NCBI GenBank assembly: GCA_038087875.1
Contig: CM075977.1
Location: forward strand, 115,506,001 to 115,570,000
From: Malacoraja senta
Lineage: Eukaryota
Reading direction: 5' to 3'
DNA length: 64,000 nucleotides
The translations under genes and the position numbers were made by a program. This document shows positions 12,370 to 25,249 of the stretch, in pieces. The notes beneath the pieces are model-generated. The model searched no databases and was not told the DNA's origin. It was given only the letters and a program-made list of their open reading frames with translations. Within the stretch, counting starts at the first letter, position 1. Each line of letters begins with the position of its first letter.

Positions 12370-12837
12370 GAAAGCTTCCAAGTGATCCAGTTATAGCTAA
12401 CTATTTTTGTCAAAACCCTAAAAATCACAGCTACAAACATGTAAACATTTGGAAATGCTTAGTTACAGCTCTATACGTATTTCAAAGCTCCATAAAATCC
12501 TTGAACAAACAAAACTTGATTCTTGTCCATGTTTTTAAAATGTATTTTTGTTTTCTTCTGATCTTTTTGCTTTTCCCCAGAGTGCCTTGACATGAATGAA
12601 AGAACAACGATATGAATGTTTTCTCTCTCAATAGCATGAGGTGCACAAAAATATCTGGGTGATATTTCTTTCTCCTTGTGGGAAATCACCACACTGCTTA
12701 TTCTTTTAACTCACTGTCAGCATAGTTGGGATCATAAACTCATCTGTGCGACATGATCCTACTGTCCATTTGCTCTGAATTTAGGGTTTTGACAAAACTA
12801 GTTACTGTAGCTGTGACTGGCTCACTTGGATACTTTC
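12370..12837. mobile_element. Old MITE-like element defined by ~60-bp imperfect inverted repeats
   Basis: 12370-12431 (TCCAAGTGATCCAGT...TTTTGTCAAAACCCTAAA) is the reverse complement of 12772-12837 (TTTAGGGTTTTGACAAAA...ACTGGCTCACTTGGA). Confidence 0.6.
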
Positions 12838-13240
12838 TGTTTAGCCACACAATATAAAATCAGACAAAAGAACATGAATAAACTTGAATTTTTACATGTT
12901 TTTGATGCTGCATTACCTCATCAGTTGTTCCAAATAATTGTATTTAAAAAAACATAGCCCTATATTTTGTAAATCTCTCTTGAATGTTTCAGTGCAATGC
13001 ATAAAATGAAGTTTGCTTATGGAGCTTAAATGTCATATTTCAGCAAATATTGCTCTCAAATAAATAATTTGTGAAAATAAAGATGGAAAACTGATGTTTG
13101 GAGCATTTGACTTACTTTATATCAGGTCACAAAATGTTTCAAGTGGAGGATAAACATTCCATGAAGAAACTTACTTATTCTATCATAAATGACAATAGTC
13201 CTTTGTGAACGCACATGCCATCTACTTTCAACTATGTTTT

Positions 13241-13533
13241 TTTAGTTTTAGTTTCAGAGATACACCACGGAAACAGGCTCTTCGGCCCATTGAGTCCGTG
13301 CAGACTAGTGATCACTCATACTAGTTCTATCCGCTAATTCTATCCTATACACGCGGGACGATTTACAGAAGCCAATTGAATACAAACCTACAGGTCTTTG
13401 GAACGTGAGAGGAAACAAGAGAAAACCCAAATGGTCACAGGGAAAAGGTACAAACTCGGTACAGACAACACCCATGGACAGGATCGAACCCGGGTCTCTG
13501 ACGCTGTAAGGCAGCAACTCTTCCACTGTGCCA
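13241..13533 (-). mobile_element. tRNA-derived SINE (HE1/V-SINE-like)
   Basis: Minus strand: TGGCACAGTGG A-box, GGTTCGATCC B-box, V-domain-like core, CR1-like tail and (CTAAA)n end. Confidence 0.88.
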
Positions 13534-14140
13534 TTGTGTTTAAGGACGAACTGCAGATGCTGGTTAAATCAAAGGTAGACAAAAAATGCTGGAGTAACTC
13601 AGCAGGTGGGGCAGCATCTATGGAGAGAAGGAATTGGCAACGTTTCAGGTCGAGACCCTTCTTCAGACCAATGTTAGGGGAGGGGGCGGGACAAATAAAG
13701 AATGTAGGTGGAGACAGTAGGACTGGTGGGAGAACTGGGAAAGGGGAGGGGATGGAGAGAGAAAGCAGGGGATACCTAATGTTAGAGAAATCAATGTTCA
13801 TTCCGCTGGGGTATAAAGTACCCCAGCGAAATATGATGTGCTGTTCCTCCAATTTGCGTTGGGCCTCACTCTGACAATGGAGGAAGCCCAGGACAGAAAG
13901 GTCAGATTGGGAATGGGAGGGGGAGTTGAAGTGCTGGGCCACCAGGAGATCAGGTTGGTTATTGCGAACCGAGCGGAGGTGTTGGGGGCGAAGCGATCGC
14001 CAAGCCTACGCTTGGTCTCACCGATGCGGACTGAGCAGAGGGACTTCTCTAACTTCAGGTAGCCCCTGCCTTCTCACTCAATCCCCTCCCCCTTCCCAAT
14101 TCTCCCACTAGTCCTACTGCCTCTGCCTACATTCTTTCTT
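13534..14140 (-). mobile_element. Penelope-like element 3' part (GIY-YIG endonuclease C-terminus + terminal repeat, with inverted fragment 14035-14140)
   Basis: Minus ORF reads AQHFNSPSHSQSDLSVLG...RKLEEQHIIFRWGTLYPSGMNIDF, the PLE endonuclease end; 14040-14135 is an inverted copy of 13700-13790. Confidence 0.88.
13633..13672 (-). ncRNA. Minimal type I hammerhead ribozyme motif in the Penelope terminal repeat
   Basis: Minus strand AUUGGU-CUGAAGA-A-GGGU(CUCG)ACCU-GAAA-C-GUU-GCCAAU: conserved CUGANGA and GAAA boxes, stem II, 6-bp stem I and palindromic ACGU stem III. Confidence 0.62.
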
Positions 14141-14144
14141 TGTT

Positions 14145-15593
14145 GTGGCTCTTGAAATAGTGGATGCATTGGTGATCATTTTCCAATGTTCTATAGATTC
14201 AGGATCAGTTCCTGTGGATTGGAGGGTAGCTAATGTTATCCCACTTTTAAAGAAAGGCGGGAGAGAGAAAACAGGGAATTATACACCAGTTAGCCTGACA
14301 TCGGTGGTGCGGAAAATGCTGGAGTCAATCATAAAAGATGAAATAGCGGCACATTTGGATAGCAGTAACAGTTTCGGTCTGAGTCAGCATGGATTTACGA
14401 TGCTTGTTTAATCTTCTGGAATTTTTTGAGGATGTAACTAGGAAAATGGACAAGGGAGAGCCAGTGGATGTAGTGTATTTGATAAGGTCCCACATAGGAG
14501 ATTAGTGGGCAAAATTAGGGCACATGGTATTGGGGGTAGTGTGCTGACATGGATAGAAAATTGGTTGGCAGACAGGAAACAAAGAGTAGGGATTAACGGG
14601 TCCCTTTCAGAATGGCAGGCAGTGACCAGTGGGGTACCGCAAGACTCGGTGCTGGGACCGCAGCTATTTACAATATACATCAATGATTTAGATGAAGGGA
14701 TTCAAAGTAACATTAGCAAATTTGCAGATTACACAAAGCTGGGTGGCAGTGTGAACTGTGAGGAGGATGCTATGAGAATGCAGGGTGACTTGGACAGGTT
14801 GGGTGAGTGGGCAGATGCATGGCAGATGCAGTTTAATGTGGATAAATGTGAGGTTAACCACTTTGGTAGCAAAAACAGGAAGGCAGATTACTATCTAAAT
14901 GGTGTCAAGTAGGTTTTAGGACCTGGCGAGGGGTGAGTAAAGATAAGAAGTAGGTACATCCCTCTCATAATGTCCAATTTTACTTTCTTTTTTCTTTTTT
15001 CTTTTTCCACCTTTTGGGTTTTTTCTTTTCTTTTTTAACTATTTCTTGTGGTTTAGGTTCATACGGGTGTTCCTGGACCACTCTTTCATTCACTCACTGA
15101 CTATCTTTACTAACTCTTTCTATCCTTTTATCCTATTAAAGTTTAAAATAAGAAGTGGTATAAGAACTGTATAAACTTATGTTATTGCAGATTACTGTAA
15201 TGTAACATACTTCTAATAAAAAAATAATAAAAAATTTAAAAATACTAGAGGCAGGAAACATGTTCCCGATGTTGGGGGTGTCCAGAACCAGGGGCCACAG
15301 TTTAAGAATAAGGGGTAAGCCATTTCGAACAGAGATGAGGAAACACTTTTTCACACAGAGAGTTGAGTCTGTGGAATTCTCTGCTTCGGAGGGCAGTGGA
15401 GGCCGGTTCTCTGGATACTTTCAAGAGAGAACTAGATAGGGCTCTTAAAGATAGCGGAGTCAGGGGATATGGGGAGAAGGCAGGAATGGGGTACTGATTG
15501 GGGATGATCAGCCATGATCACAGTGAATGGCGGTGCTGGCTCGAAGGGCCGAATGGCCTACTCCTGCACCTATTGTCTATTGTCTATTGTCTA
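14145..15593 (+). mobile_element. CR1 LINE ORF2 (RT) fragment and 3' end, interrupted and internally deleted
   Basis: DWRVANVIPLLKKGGREKTGNYTPVSLTSVV and VTSGVPQDSVLGPQLFTIYINDLD...ISKFADYTKL; 3' end 15245-15593 is nearly identical to 1107-1450, with a (CTATTGT)n tail. Confidence 0.93.
14911..15243 (+). mobile_element. Unrelated insert with T-rich body and A-rich tail (probable L1/Tx1-type 3'UTR)
   Basis: Breaks CR1 ORF2 at YYLNGVK; ends AATAAAAAAATAATAAAAAATTTAAAAA. Confidence 0.5.
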
Positions 15594-18500
15594 AAACAGA
15601 GGGGTGAAGGTTGGAAAACAGAGAGAATAGTGAGGGAGATGGAAAATCGAAAGATATTGTGGAGAAGAGCGTGGGAAAAAGGAATTAACAACAGTTTAAT
15701 AGGCCATTGTCATTATGAGGGCACTCCATGTCCATCATCACAAATCACAGTGTTGTATTCAGGGATGCTGCGATATTTATCATTGTTACAAAATACAGCT
15801 CATCAAAATCAGTGTTGGGGGTCAATGAAAACAACGTCGATGTCTCAAGGGGGTCCCTTTAATTCAAATATAGTTCCAACTTTTTACGCGATAATCTCCT
15901 TGTTTGACTATGCATTAACAGAGGTTGGTTGTCATGACCTTTCAGTCCAATTTCAGCCAATAGGTTAGATATGCACACAGCACATGTTAATGCTGTCATT
16001 ATATGCACAAAATATGATGAGGAAATGGCATCCACATTAGGATGAATCATTATAGAAAGTGTCTAATCCAATTTCTAAAGCAGCATTTCAATAGGAAATG
16101 AGTGCGGACACTTCAAAATATGCACATGCTAATTTTGCACAATTTTACATTAAAAATTACATATTTTTTACCTAATCCATGATTGTCTGGAATTTAGAAA
16201 AATTATGAAAGATTTCCCCTTCAATTTGCAGTACGAAATAAACACACATAAAATCATTGGGTACAAAATCCCGTGCTCCGTGAGGATTGAATTAAAGCCT
16301 ATAATTTAATGTCTGTTGCTGTTGTAGGTGATTTATGATATCAGCTAAACTGGCTCAATTAGATCATAACTAAGATCACAATTGTGGCTAGAACCATGGG
16401 ATATGATCTCCAGGTAAAAAAAAATACTGAAAACCTTGTAATAAAGTGAAAATTAACTTGTTCAGTCGTCGTAAACCAATGGTCCTAATTAACAATGAAG
16501 AGATTCACTGTATGCAATCCCCAAACCATTAATTAAAGAAAAATCCCCAAATCCCACGTGATAAAGCATTATTCAGTACTGTAAACTAGTGGTCTTGATT
16601 ATATCACTGCAACTCGCTGCATGGTGTCCATTACTCTATAGGGGTAGTTTTACAAGTGTGTGCTGCCAGCAGGAAGTCTTGCCTGCCAGCAACACATACT
16701 GGAAATTCATGACCATTTTTCTCTTTACTGCGAAGCAAACAAGTGTTTTAGTTTAGATTGCAACATGTTTGCATTTAAAACAAAATAATACACTGATACA
16801 TTGTCAATATTGTTTTAATCTTTGTTTTTCATAGATATAATAAAGAAAGGTGCCAGTCCGAAACTATGTCAAATGGATCTTTTCCAATTTTTCCCTAGTG
16901 TCTTTCTTCAAAAAAGCATGTTCACACTATACTAGGTCCAAATCTGGAATACAGCCCGTTAAGTGTGCAAAAGGGAAGGCCTAGGACAATCGCTCACCTC
17001 TCACCTCTGACCTGTGACTCTGGCACCCAATTTGTTTTGAGCTGGAAAGCTGGAAAAGGGATGGCTGGCTGTCCTGAGCACGAACAGGCAATTTATTCTT
17101 CAGGAACACCTTGGAGAGAGATATCCAGTTCACCTGATCCTGTGTTGTTACAGAAACATCTGAACCCAAACTCATCTAAAACTAAATCTAAATTACCATT
17201 GATTTTGTAGATACCTGATTTCAAATTCTGCATTCTTTCCAAAACAGGTAACCACTTTCTTTTCTTATCAGTTTTGGATTAATACAATTAAATAAAAGAA
17301 AAATAATATCACTGTTTTGTGCACTTTTAAACTTAATGTACAATGTTTTTCCCAAAATTGATGATACAATTACTGATGTACAATTACTGATGATATAAAT
17401 TGTTAGCAGTATTGCTTTTCTCAAATAAATCTTCACTTCATATGGTTACTGGCTATGGAAAAATAACATGTTCAATGTTTAGTATTGTCACTTTCAAGTT
17501 GGAATGCTCTTACTTAGTAAGAACAATATCCTGGCATTCAGATAACTAGGATACCATGAATGTGATTAGTAAACACACATGTTTGCAAGTACAAAATGCC
17601 ATCTGCAATCACATTTTGGAAACTCCTGAGTAAAAGGGGCTTACTTCAAGGAGATAATTTTAATAGAGCTTCATAATTAACATATTTTTGCAACAACCTG
17701 GTGCCTGAAATACAGTGGGGATGCAACAACTGATCTTTGGACCATTGCAGACAAAGAACAGCAGCAGTGAAAAATAATGGAGATTTCTAAAATCCTAAAA
17801 AGTTAGAGGAATAAAATATAATTATTCTTTTGTATTAATTTCATAATGCATATTTGAACTAGAACATACAATAATCTTGGTCAAACGCACAGTTCCTTAT
17901 AAACTATTAGTGCACACTAAATTGCATCTTCAGCGACAAGATTTAAAAAATTGATCATCTTAGGCTAAAAGTGATCCAAACCTCAATGTTAGGTCTGCCA
18001 AGATACGTATGAATACAGCATTTTATCTTATTAAATGAAAACCCAGACAGAGTGTAAGTTAGCCATTGCCAAACATGCATGATTTAACAAGTACTAATGT
18101 AACAACTCTGTACTGACACAACCCCAGATAGGAAAGAGCATGTTCTAGAAATAGTGTGCCCGGGGTTGCTTTCGTTTCAAAGGAATTTTTTTTGCAGTGC
18201 AATGAATTATGTGCTTAAATATGTGTATTTTGTGAAAACCAAGGCTTTAATTATATTTGGTTCTACTATAAATAGGATTTCAGCAAACAAGTATTGCGAA
18301 GAATTACAACATGATCTGATTATTGTGAGATGAAACAAACCTGTTCTGTAACTCACTTTGCAGATGTCTAGTTAGTCAATCAAGTGATCTGTAATCACAA
18401 ACCCTGTCAGAAAATGAGTGAATAATGGGCTGTGATAAAATGGTGGGATTTTCTGGTGTGCTTGTTCCATGTGGTGAATGCCATCTGTAATTGTCAGGTC

Positions 18501-19658
18501 CTGTTGGCTTTGTTCTTTATTTGAGCAGGGAAGTTAAACCATGTACTGTTCTCCTCATCCACGGAATCTGCGCACAAGGACAGAAGAGATTGTAATGAGG
18601 ATTGAGTTAACCAAAATATAATAGGAAAGCATTTTGAAATAATATTAAGGGATAAATTCTATCTTTGCCGCATGGGCATTAATCTAGCAAAGCATTGGAA
18701 TGGAAATCAGATGTGCAATATAACAGACAGACTGTTATATTGTCTGCTCTGCTGCATTGCTGTCCATGTGGCAAAAAGTGAAAACCTACTCCAAAAGTTT
18801 CAACACAGCTAAACTAAATTATCACTAAAACTTTGCTGAACTGCATTCTGTAGAATAGTCCATTAGCTCTAGTTGTTGAAGGTTCAGCACCAAGTAAAGG
18901 TTGACTTTTTAAATCGCATAGCTGTTAATCACTTGCATAGGCTGCACTCCATTGGGGGAGTTTTGTTGGTATGGAACTGCTTCGATGATGTGCAGTTCAG
19001 AAATACATTTAGCCCAAAAATCCATGATGCATGGAGGGTACGTGGTGTGAGTGCTGAGATCTGCCTATCATCGACCTTCACCACTTACCCGCTTGGCCAA
19101 GGTTTAATAGAATGTGCATGATGTTACTGGGAGGTTAATCAACTCCTCCTTCTTACTCTTTGGCAATGGTTTATGTATGCTCCTACTAAACTGCTGACAA
19201 CATTATTATACATTATTGCAAAGAAAAATATGTCGGTTTTCAAAGATCTCACGAATAGTCATGAACATATAACGCAAATGCTTTATTGATTGAAATATGA
19301 AATTTATTCATGTTAAAATAGTCTGTTTAGAAACTGAACAATACATTCCATTCTGATTCAGCATGAAATAAAAAATATGTTGTAATATCTTTCATGGCCA
19401 TATATTCCAAGCATTTACAATTAAATATGTACTTCTGAACCTTTTGGGTCAATTTCCTTTTCCGTAAATATGTGTAAAATACACTTTGGTCAACGTCAAT
19501 ATTTGCAAAGTTAGACACTATGTATAATCTACGAACCATTCAAGAAATAATGCCAGTTTAATTTTTCCTTAAATGAAAGAGAGGAAAGTAGTGAGCTAGA
19601 TGAACACACAATCATATATCTTACAGCATTGTAGTGTGTTAGTCCATTAGCCTATTTA

Positions 19659-19963
19659 GGATGGCACAGTGGCGCAGCGGTAGAGTTGATGCCTTACAGC
19701 ACAAGAGACCCAGGAACGATCCTGACTACAGGTGCTGTCCGTACGGAGTCTTACGTTCTTCCTGTGACCCCGTAAGTTTTCTCTGAGGGTTCAGTTACCC
19801 CCCACATTCTAAAGAATTGATGGATTGTAGGTTAATTGGCTTCTGTAAATTGTCCCTAGTGTGTGTAGGATAGAGCTAATGTACGGGTGATCACTAGTCG
19901 GTGTGGACTCAGTGGGCCAAAGGGCTGTTTCCATGCTGTATCTCTAAACTAAACTAAACTAAA
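19659..19963 (+). mobile_element. tRNA-derived SINE (HE1/V-SINE-like), full length
   Basis: TGGCGCAGCGG A-box, degenerate B-box, (CTAAA)n tail; homologous to 13241-13533. Confidence 0.9.
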
Positions 19964-21149
19964 TTACCTCAACAAGTGCAACTGAAAATGATGAAAAGCA
20001 AAATCAAAATAAAACACAACAGGTACGTTCTATGTTTCTGCCATTATTATCACATTCATCCTCCCATTTGTGAAAGAATTGAACATTTCCACTGACCTCA
20101 TGATTCATGCATTATGTTTATGTAAACAAATGTTACATTAAATGTAAAAATAAAAACTCACAATAAAAAAAACTGATAGGAAACGTCATCAGTTTTTTAT
20201 AATATTGTAGATGCATTTAGCTTTTAATTTTCTTACAAAAATCTCAACATGTTTCCTGACATATTAATATAATTGGCACTTTAATTTATTCACCACAATG
20301 TAGTTATACCCAAAATTATATCTTTAACTCGTGACAGTCTTGCTTAATTGGAGAGACCATCTTTTCAGTGTGTTACGTTTTCAAGACGTTTCGAATGAAA
20401 ATACCTCTATGAAAAGTATTTGGAAAGCAAACTCAGAACATTAGACATGAAATAGATGTCAAATGTATGTCATCATTTCATATCAACCTTTTCCCTTAAA
20501 TGTCAATGCAAATAAAAATATGTCTGTAACATTTTTGGATATACGTCTTTATTGGTTTCATATGATAACCTTCTTGGAGAGTGCATAAGAATTTATTGCA
20601 CATCTGTTCTGTGTTTTCTTTTTTATTAGAAGAAAGGGATGAAACAAATCAACTCCCCCCCCCCCACCACTAGTGCCGTCCCCTTTCCACCCCCACCCCC
20701 CAACATACCATTCTGTTCCGAATGCTGCTCCATCTAGAATTATTAAAGGTGGGGTCTACCTGCAAAGCATTTATTGATTATTTCATAAGCTGTACTTAAA
20801 TGAGTTTGGTTGAGAAAATGAGTTCTGCACAAGGTTCAACGGCGTAAGGAAAAATATGAAATGTTCCTGCCAATGTTGAAGTCATGCATTGCAGCTTGCA
20901 ATAAGAAAAAGACAAAGCACACATCTTTCTTTCAAACAGCTTCTAGTAAATAAGAGGAATGAAAATCAGGCTGCTGTAGTTATAAGTACACATGTGCAGA
21001 ATTGTAGATCAGCTGGATTTTATTTTCCATAAGGTTGGGTCAGCGGTCTCACTTAAAAAGTTTTTCTTACCCTATATTTAACTACTCTTTCCTCCCCAGA
21101 AAATTGTACATTACTACCTGATCAAGGGGTCTGTCTATAGTGCCCAGAC

Positions 21150-21455
21150 GGGCAGCGCAATGGCACAGTTGATAGAACTCCTCACAGTACCAGAGATCTG
21201 GGATCAATCCTAACCTCGCTTACTAACTAGGTGGAATTTGCAAGTTTTCCCTGTGACCACGTGGGTTTCATCCAGGTGCTCGGGTTTCATCCCACATCCC
21301 AAAGAACATGCTATTTTGTTGGTTAATTGGCCTCATATAACATGGAATTAGTGTGCATAGGTGAACAATGGTCGGTGTGGACTCGGTAGGCTGAAAGGCC
21401 TTCTTCCATGTTGTATCATTCAATTTAATTCAATTCAATTCTTTTCAATTCAATT
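21150..21455 (+). mobile_element. Older tRNA-derived SINE copy
   Basis: CCTGTGACCACGTGGGTTTCATCCAGGTGCTCGGGTTTCATCCCACATCCCAAAG core; (TTCAA)n tail. Confidence 0.82.
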
Positions 21456-21569
21456 TTATTTACTGGGAGGGTTTCACGAGCTTTGATGCACCCCATATTT
21501 TTGTGATAGAGAAGCACCTGACACCAGCTATCTGAGCTTACCATTCCATCATTGAGGTTCGCCCTTTAA

Positions 21570-21888
21570 TGGCCCTGTCCCACTGTACGAGTTCATTCAA
21601 GTGCTCTCCCGAGTTTTAAAAAAAATCCAACTCATGGTAAACACCTAGAATGAATGTAGCGGGTACGTCGGAGCTCGGGGACATCTCTTAGCAGCTCGTA
21701 ACGCTAACGGCAGGTACTCAGGAAACGCGGTAAGCTCAGGAAGACTCGTGAAGATTTTTCAGCATGTTGAAAAATGTCCACGAGAGCCCCGAGTACCTGC
21801 GAGCGGCCATTACCGTAAATCTCCGAGTTCGAATCAGGGCAAACTCAGGAGAACTCTTTGAATGAACTCGTACAGTGGGACAGGGCTT
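21570..21888. mobile_element. PIF/Harbinger-type MITE
   Basis: Perfect 29-bp TIR GCCCTGTCCCACTGTACGAGTTCATTCAA (21572-21600; reverse complement ends 21886), flanked by TAA on both sides. Confidence 0.88.
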
Positions 21889-23049
21889 TAAGGAGCCATT
21901 GTGAATAAAGGAGCCATAAATGAATAAACCTGGTGCTCTGGACATCAACAGATGACCACTTGAATATTATTTTTTCACATATGGTATAGCAGCTTCATGA
22001 AATGGTATTAAAATGCAATGTTATAATCTGAAAAGAAATATACATTAGGCATCAATTACTTTGATGTCCCTTTTATAGCATACATCCTTCGTATAAAACA
22101 GAGAAAGATTTTCACTTTTAATTTGGTCTCTGGTCTCTTGAGTATCACAAACATTAAGTTATTTAATTATTCATTCTGCAAAAGAAATCACACTGATTAG
22201 TGTTCCAAACAGTGAGCTAACAATTGTACTAGGCAAAGGAGATCTGTTTCTTTATGCGGAAGAAAAAGAAACAAAGACATGTTACCCTGGTTCAAGACAC
22301 ATACATACGTATGCACACATACACATTCACATACACATACACATGCATGCATATACATTGGCTGCATTGCAAAGGACTAGTAACAAATCCATTCCATGTT
22401 CACGATTACAAAGGTTTTTAGTTTTATTAGTAGTTTCTCACATGGGACCTTGTCAAAACCTTTCTGACACAAATAAATCACATCATTGTGAGTTCCTTGC
22501 CGACTTTGCTTGTAACATCTTCAAAGAAATTGAGGAGCTTTGTTAAACAGGAACTTCCATTATAAACTGCTCTAGCTGTTTTATTAGGTTTTGCTATATA
22601 ACTGCTTTGCCAGTTGACTTCTTAGCTTTCTTTCCATTATTTCATCAGCTTGTGATTTAGGGGCCAAGTTTGTTTCTCTTTTAAAAAAAAAAACACGTTC
22701 CTATTTGAAACACAATCCTGTGAAGTTTCTCAAGATTTGAATGTATCATCAATGCCAATCAAACATTTGAAATATGCAACTTCACAAATTTCTCTCCTAA
22801 TTGCTTTGAACAATGTAGAATGTGCATCCGACCAAAGGAATTCAAGGGATGTCAATGTTCAATCCATTTAATCATGGACTATTGACTCTATATTGATTTC
22901 AGAATCTATTATGGCATTTATTGTACAATGCTATAGGGCCCACACATTTTAACATCTCCATTCCAGTTGTTGGAGAGATGGAGCCATGCTAAGGGAATAA
23001 TATTGGGTATTAATAACAATTATTAAAGACTTTACAGTCAAAGTGTGAC

Positions 23050-25030
23050 TTACACCATGACCTTGCAGTGTACAATAAGGTCAGGTGTGATCTACATAAG
23101 TCTTTCAGGGATGCCAAGTGAAATAAAGAAGTTAATCAAATGGATATCCAATGACTATGGTAGAGCCTACATATCACCAGGGATAACAAGCCAAAGTCGG
23201 CGGTGATCTCTGCCAATGACACATCTCTATCAGATGATCTTAATGCTCTTTGTGCCCATTTTGTACAGGCAAACAAAGCTTCACCTATGTCTTTACCACC
23301 TCCCCCACTGGCTCTGTCCCACACATCTTGGTGGCAGAAGTCAATCTGCTTTTACAAGGGTATACTCTCGGAAGGTAGACGCCCTAAATGTATAGCCTGG
23401 ACAGGTTCTAAAATTGTGCACCAATCAACCGGCAACAGTCTTTGCCGGCAACTTGAACCTATCACCTCCATAGTCTTTTGCCCCCATCTCCTTCAAGGAA
23501 ACCTCCCAGCATCCCAAAACACATATTCTTCCAGGAAATCTCCAGCATTCCAATCCCCAAGAAAAATTAAGTAACCTGTCTCAAAGACTACTGCTCAGAA
23601 GTTCTAACATTGACCAAAATGAAGTGCTTTGAAAGACTGGTAATGGCCCACATTTGCAACAATCTGGACAATCCAAACACCCCACAATTTAAATACAGAA
23701 TATGTGGATCTCTGTAGGATGCCATCTACCTTATACTACATTCAGCCCTGGATTACCTTGACAATAAGAACACCTATTTCAGAATGCTGTGCATTGACTA
23801 TAGTTCAGCCTTCAACACCATAATTCCAAATAAGCTCATCCCAAAACCTCTAGAACTTGGCCTAGGGGATTCCATCTGTAACTGGCTTCTAGACTTCTCA
23901 ACCGGCAGACCTCGGTAGGTTAGAATTAGTCAGAACATTTCCCCCACCCTGACCCTCAACACTGGTGGCCCTCAGTCCTTTGCATTGCTCCCTGTACGCC
24001 CACGGCTTAGTGGCCAAATACAATGCCAGAAAGATCTTTAATTTCAAGAAAGATACCACTGTTGCAGATCAGATCCAGAACAATAATGAGATGAAGTACA
24101 GCAAAGAGATCAAGAACCTAGTGTCATGGTATCATGACGATAACCTAATCCTAAACATCAGCAAAACAAAAGGGTTGGTTATTGACTGAAGGAAGCAGGG
24201 GGGTGAACAAAACCCTGTCCTCCTCAACAGAGTTGTTGTAGAGATGGTCAACAGCCTTAATGTTTAGAGGTATCCATATCACCACATCCTAACCTGCTCC
24301 CCTTGCATTTTTGCGATGATCAAGAAAGCACATCAGCATATTCACTTTCTCAGACATTTGTGAAAATGAGGCATGTTCACGGAATTTTCTTCAACTTCTG
24401 CAGATGCACTAAAGAAGGTATTCTGATGGGATGCACTCAATCTGGTAAGGTCTCCTGAACCTGCAGAGAGTGATGAATGCAGCCTAGTCCATCAAAGGCT
24501 CGTCATTTCCTTCCATCCTGTCCACCTCCATGGCGCTTTGCATCAGGAAGGTTGAAAGTATCATCAAGGCTGCCTGTCACCCTGGCCATTCCCTTTCCTT
24601 TCTGCTGCTTTCTGAAAGATACAGGAGCTTGAAAGCTCTATAGTGCTAGTGTACGGGGTGATCGCTGGTCAGCGCAGGCTCAATGAGCCAAAGGGCCTGT
24701 TTCCGCACTGTATCTCGACATTCTAAAGAAAAGCCCAGACTTAAGAACAGCTTTTTCTCCCACTGTCATCCAACTCCTGAACCAATTACTTCTTTCACAC
24801 CCCATGCTGCATTCTTAACTCTATCTCGTTTGCTTTTTCTGTTATTGTACCTTAATATTATTTTGCACTACTCGGATTTCACACTACAATCTTGCACCAT
24901 TCTACTGTTTTGCACTAATTGTTGTATTTATTATTGTATTTATCATTACTATATGTATACTGCTTAATCTGTGAGCTTCATGTGAACAAGGAGTTTCATT
25001 GCAGCCTGGTGTATATGACAACAAATTACC
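23050..25030 (+). mobile_element. Decayed Rex1/Babar LINE ORF relic with a SINE-tail fragment at ~24645-24725
   Basis: DDLNALCAHF, MKCFERLVMAHI and [20 protein letters not shown] are recognisable across many stops and frameshifts. Confidence 0.8.
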
Positions 25031-25249
25031 ATAATCTAATTTGTCCTTCTGTGTGAAATTGTTGAAATGAAACAACTACAGCTGAACAAAGACTTCAAAG
25101 AATCTAGAAAAAAATGTATCAGTTCAACAAATTAAAACAAATTGTTGAAAAAGTATGTGTAACAACCATATCAAACTCTTAACATCAAAATATTTCTCTT
25201 AAAACAGCAAGCTAGTGAAGTAGTTAAGTATATTTTCAAATGGCAATAA

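Noticed and set aside
13398-13874. 158-aa and neighbouring ORFs as novel genes
   Set aside because: They cross SINE/Penelope boundaries and are explained by repeats.
19659-19730. tRNA gene
   Set aside because: tRNA-like head continues into SINE body and tail; no full cloverleaf.
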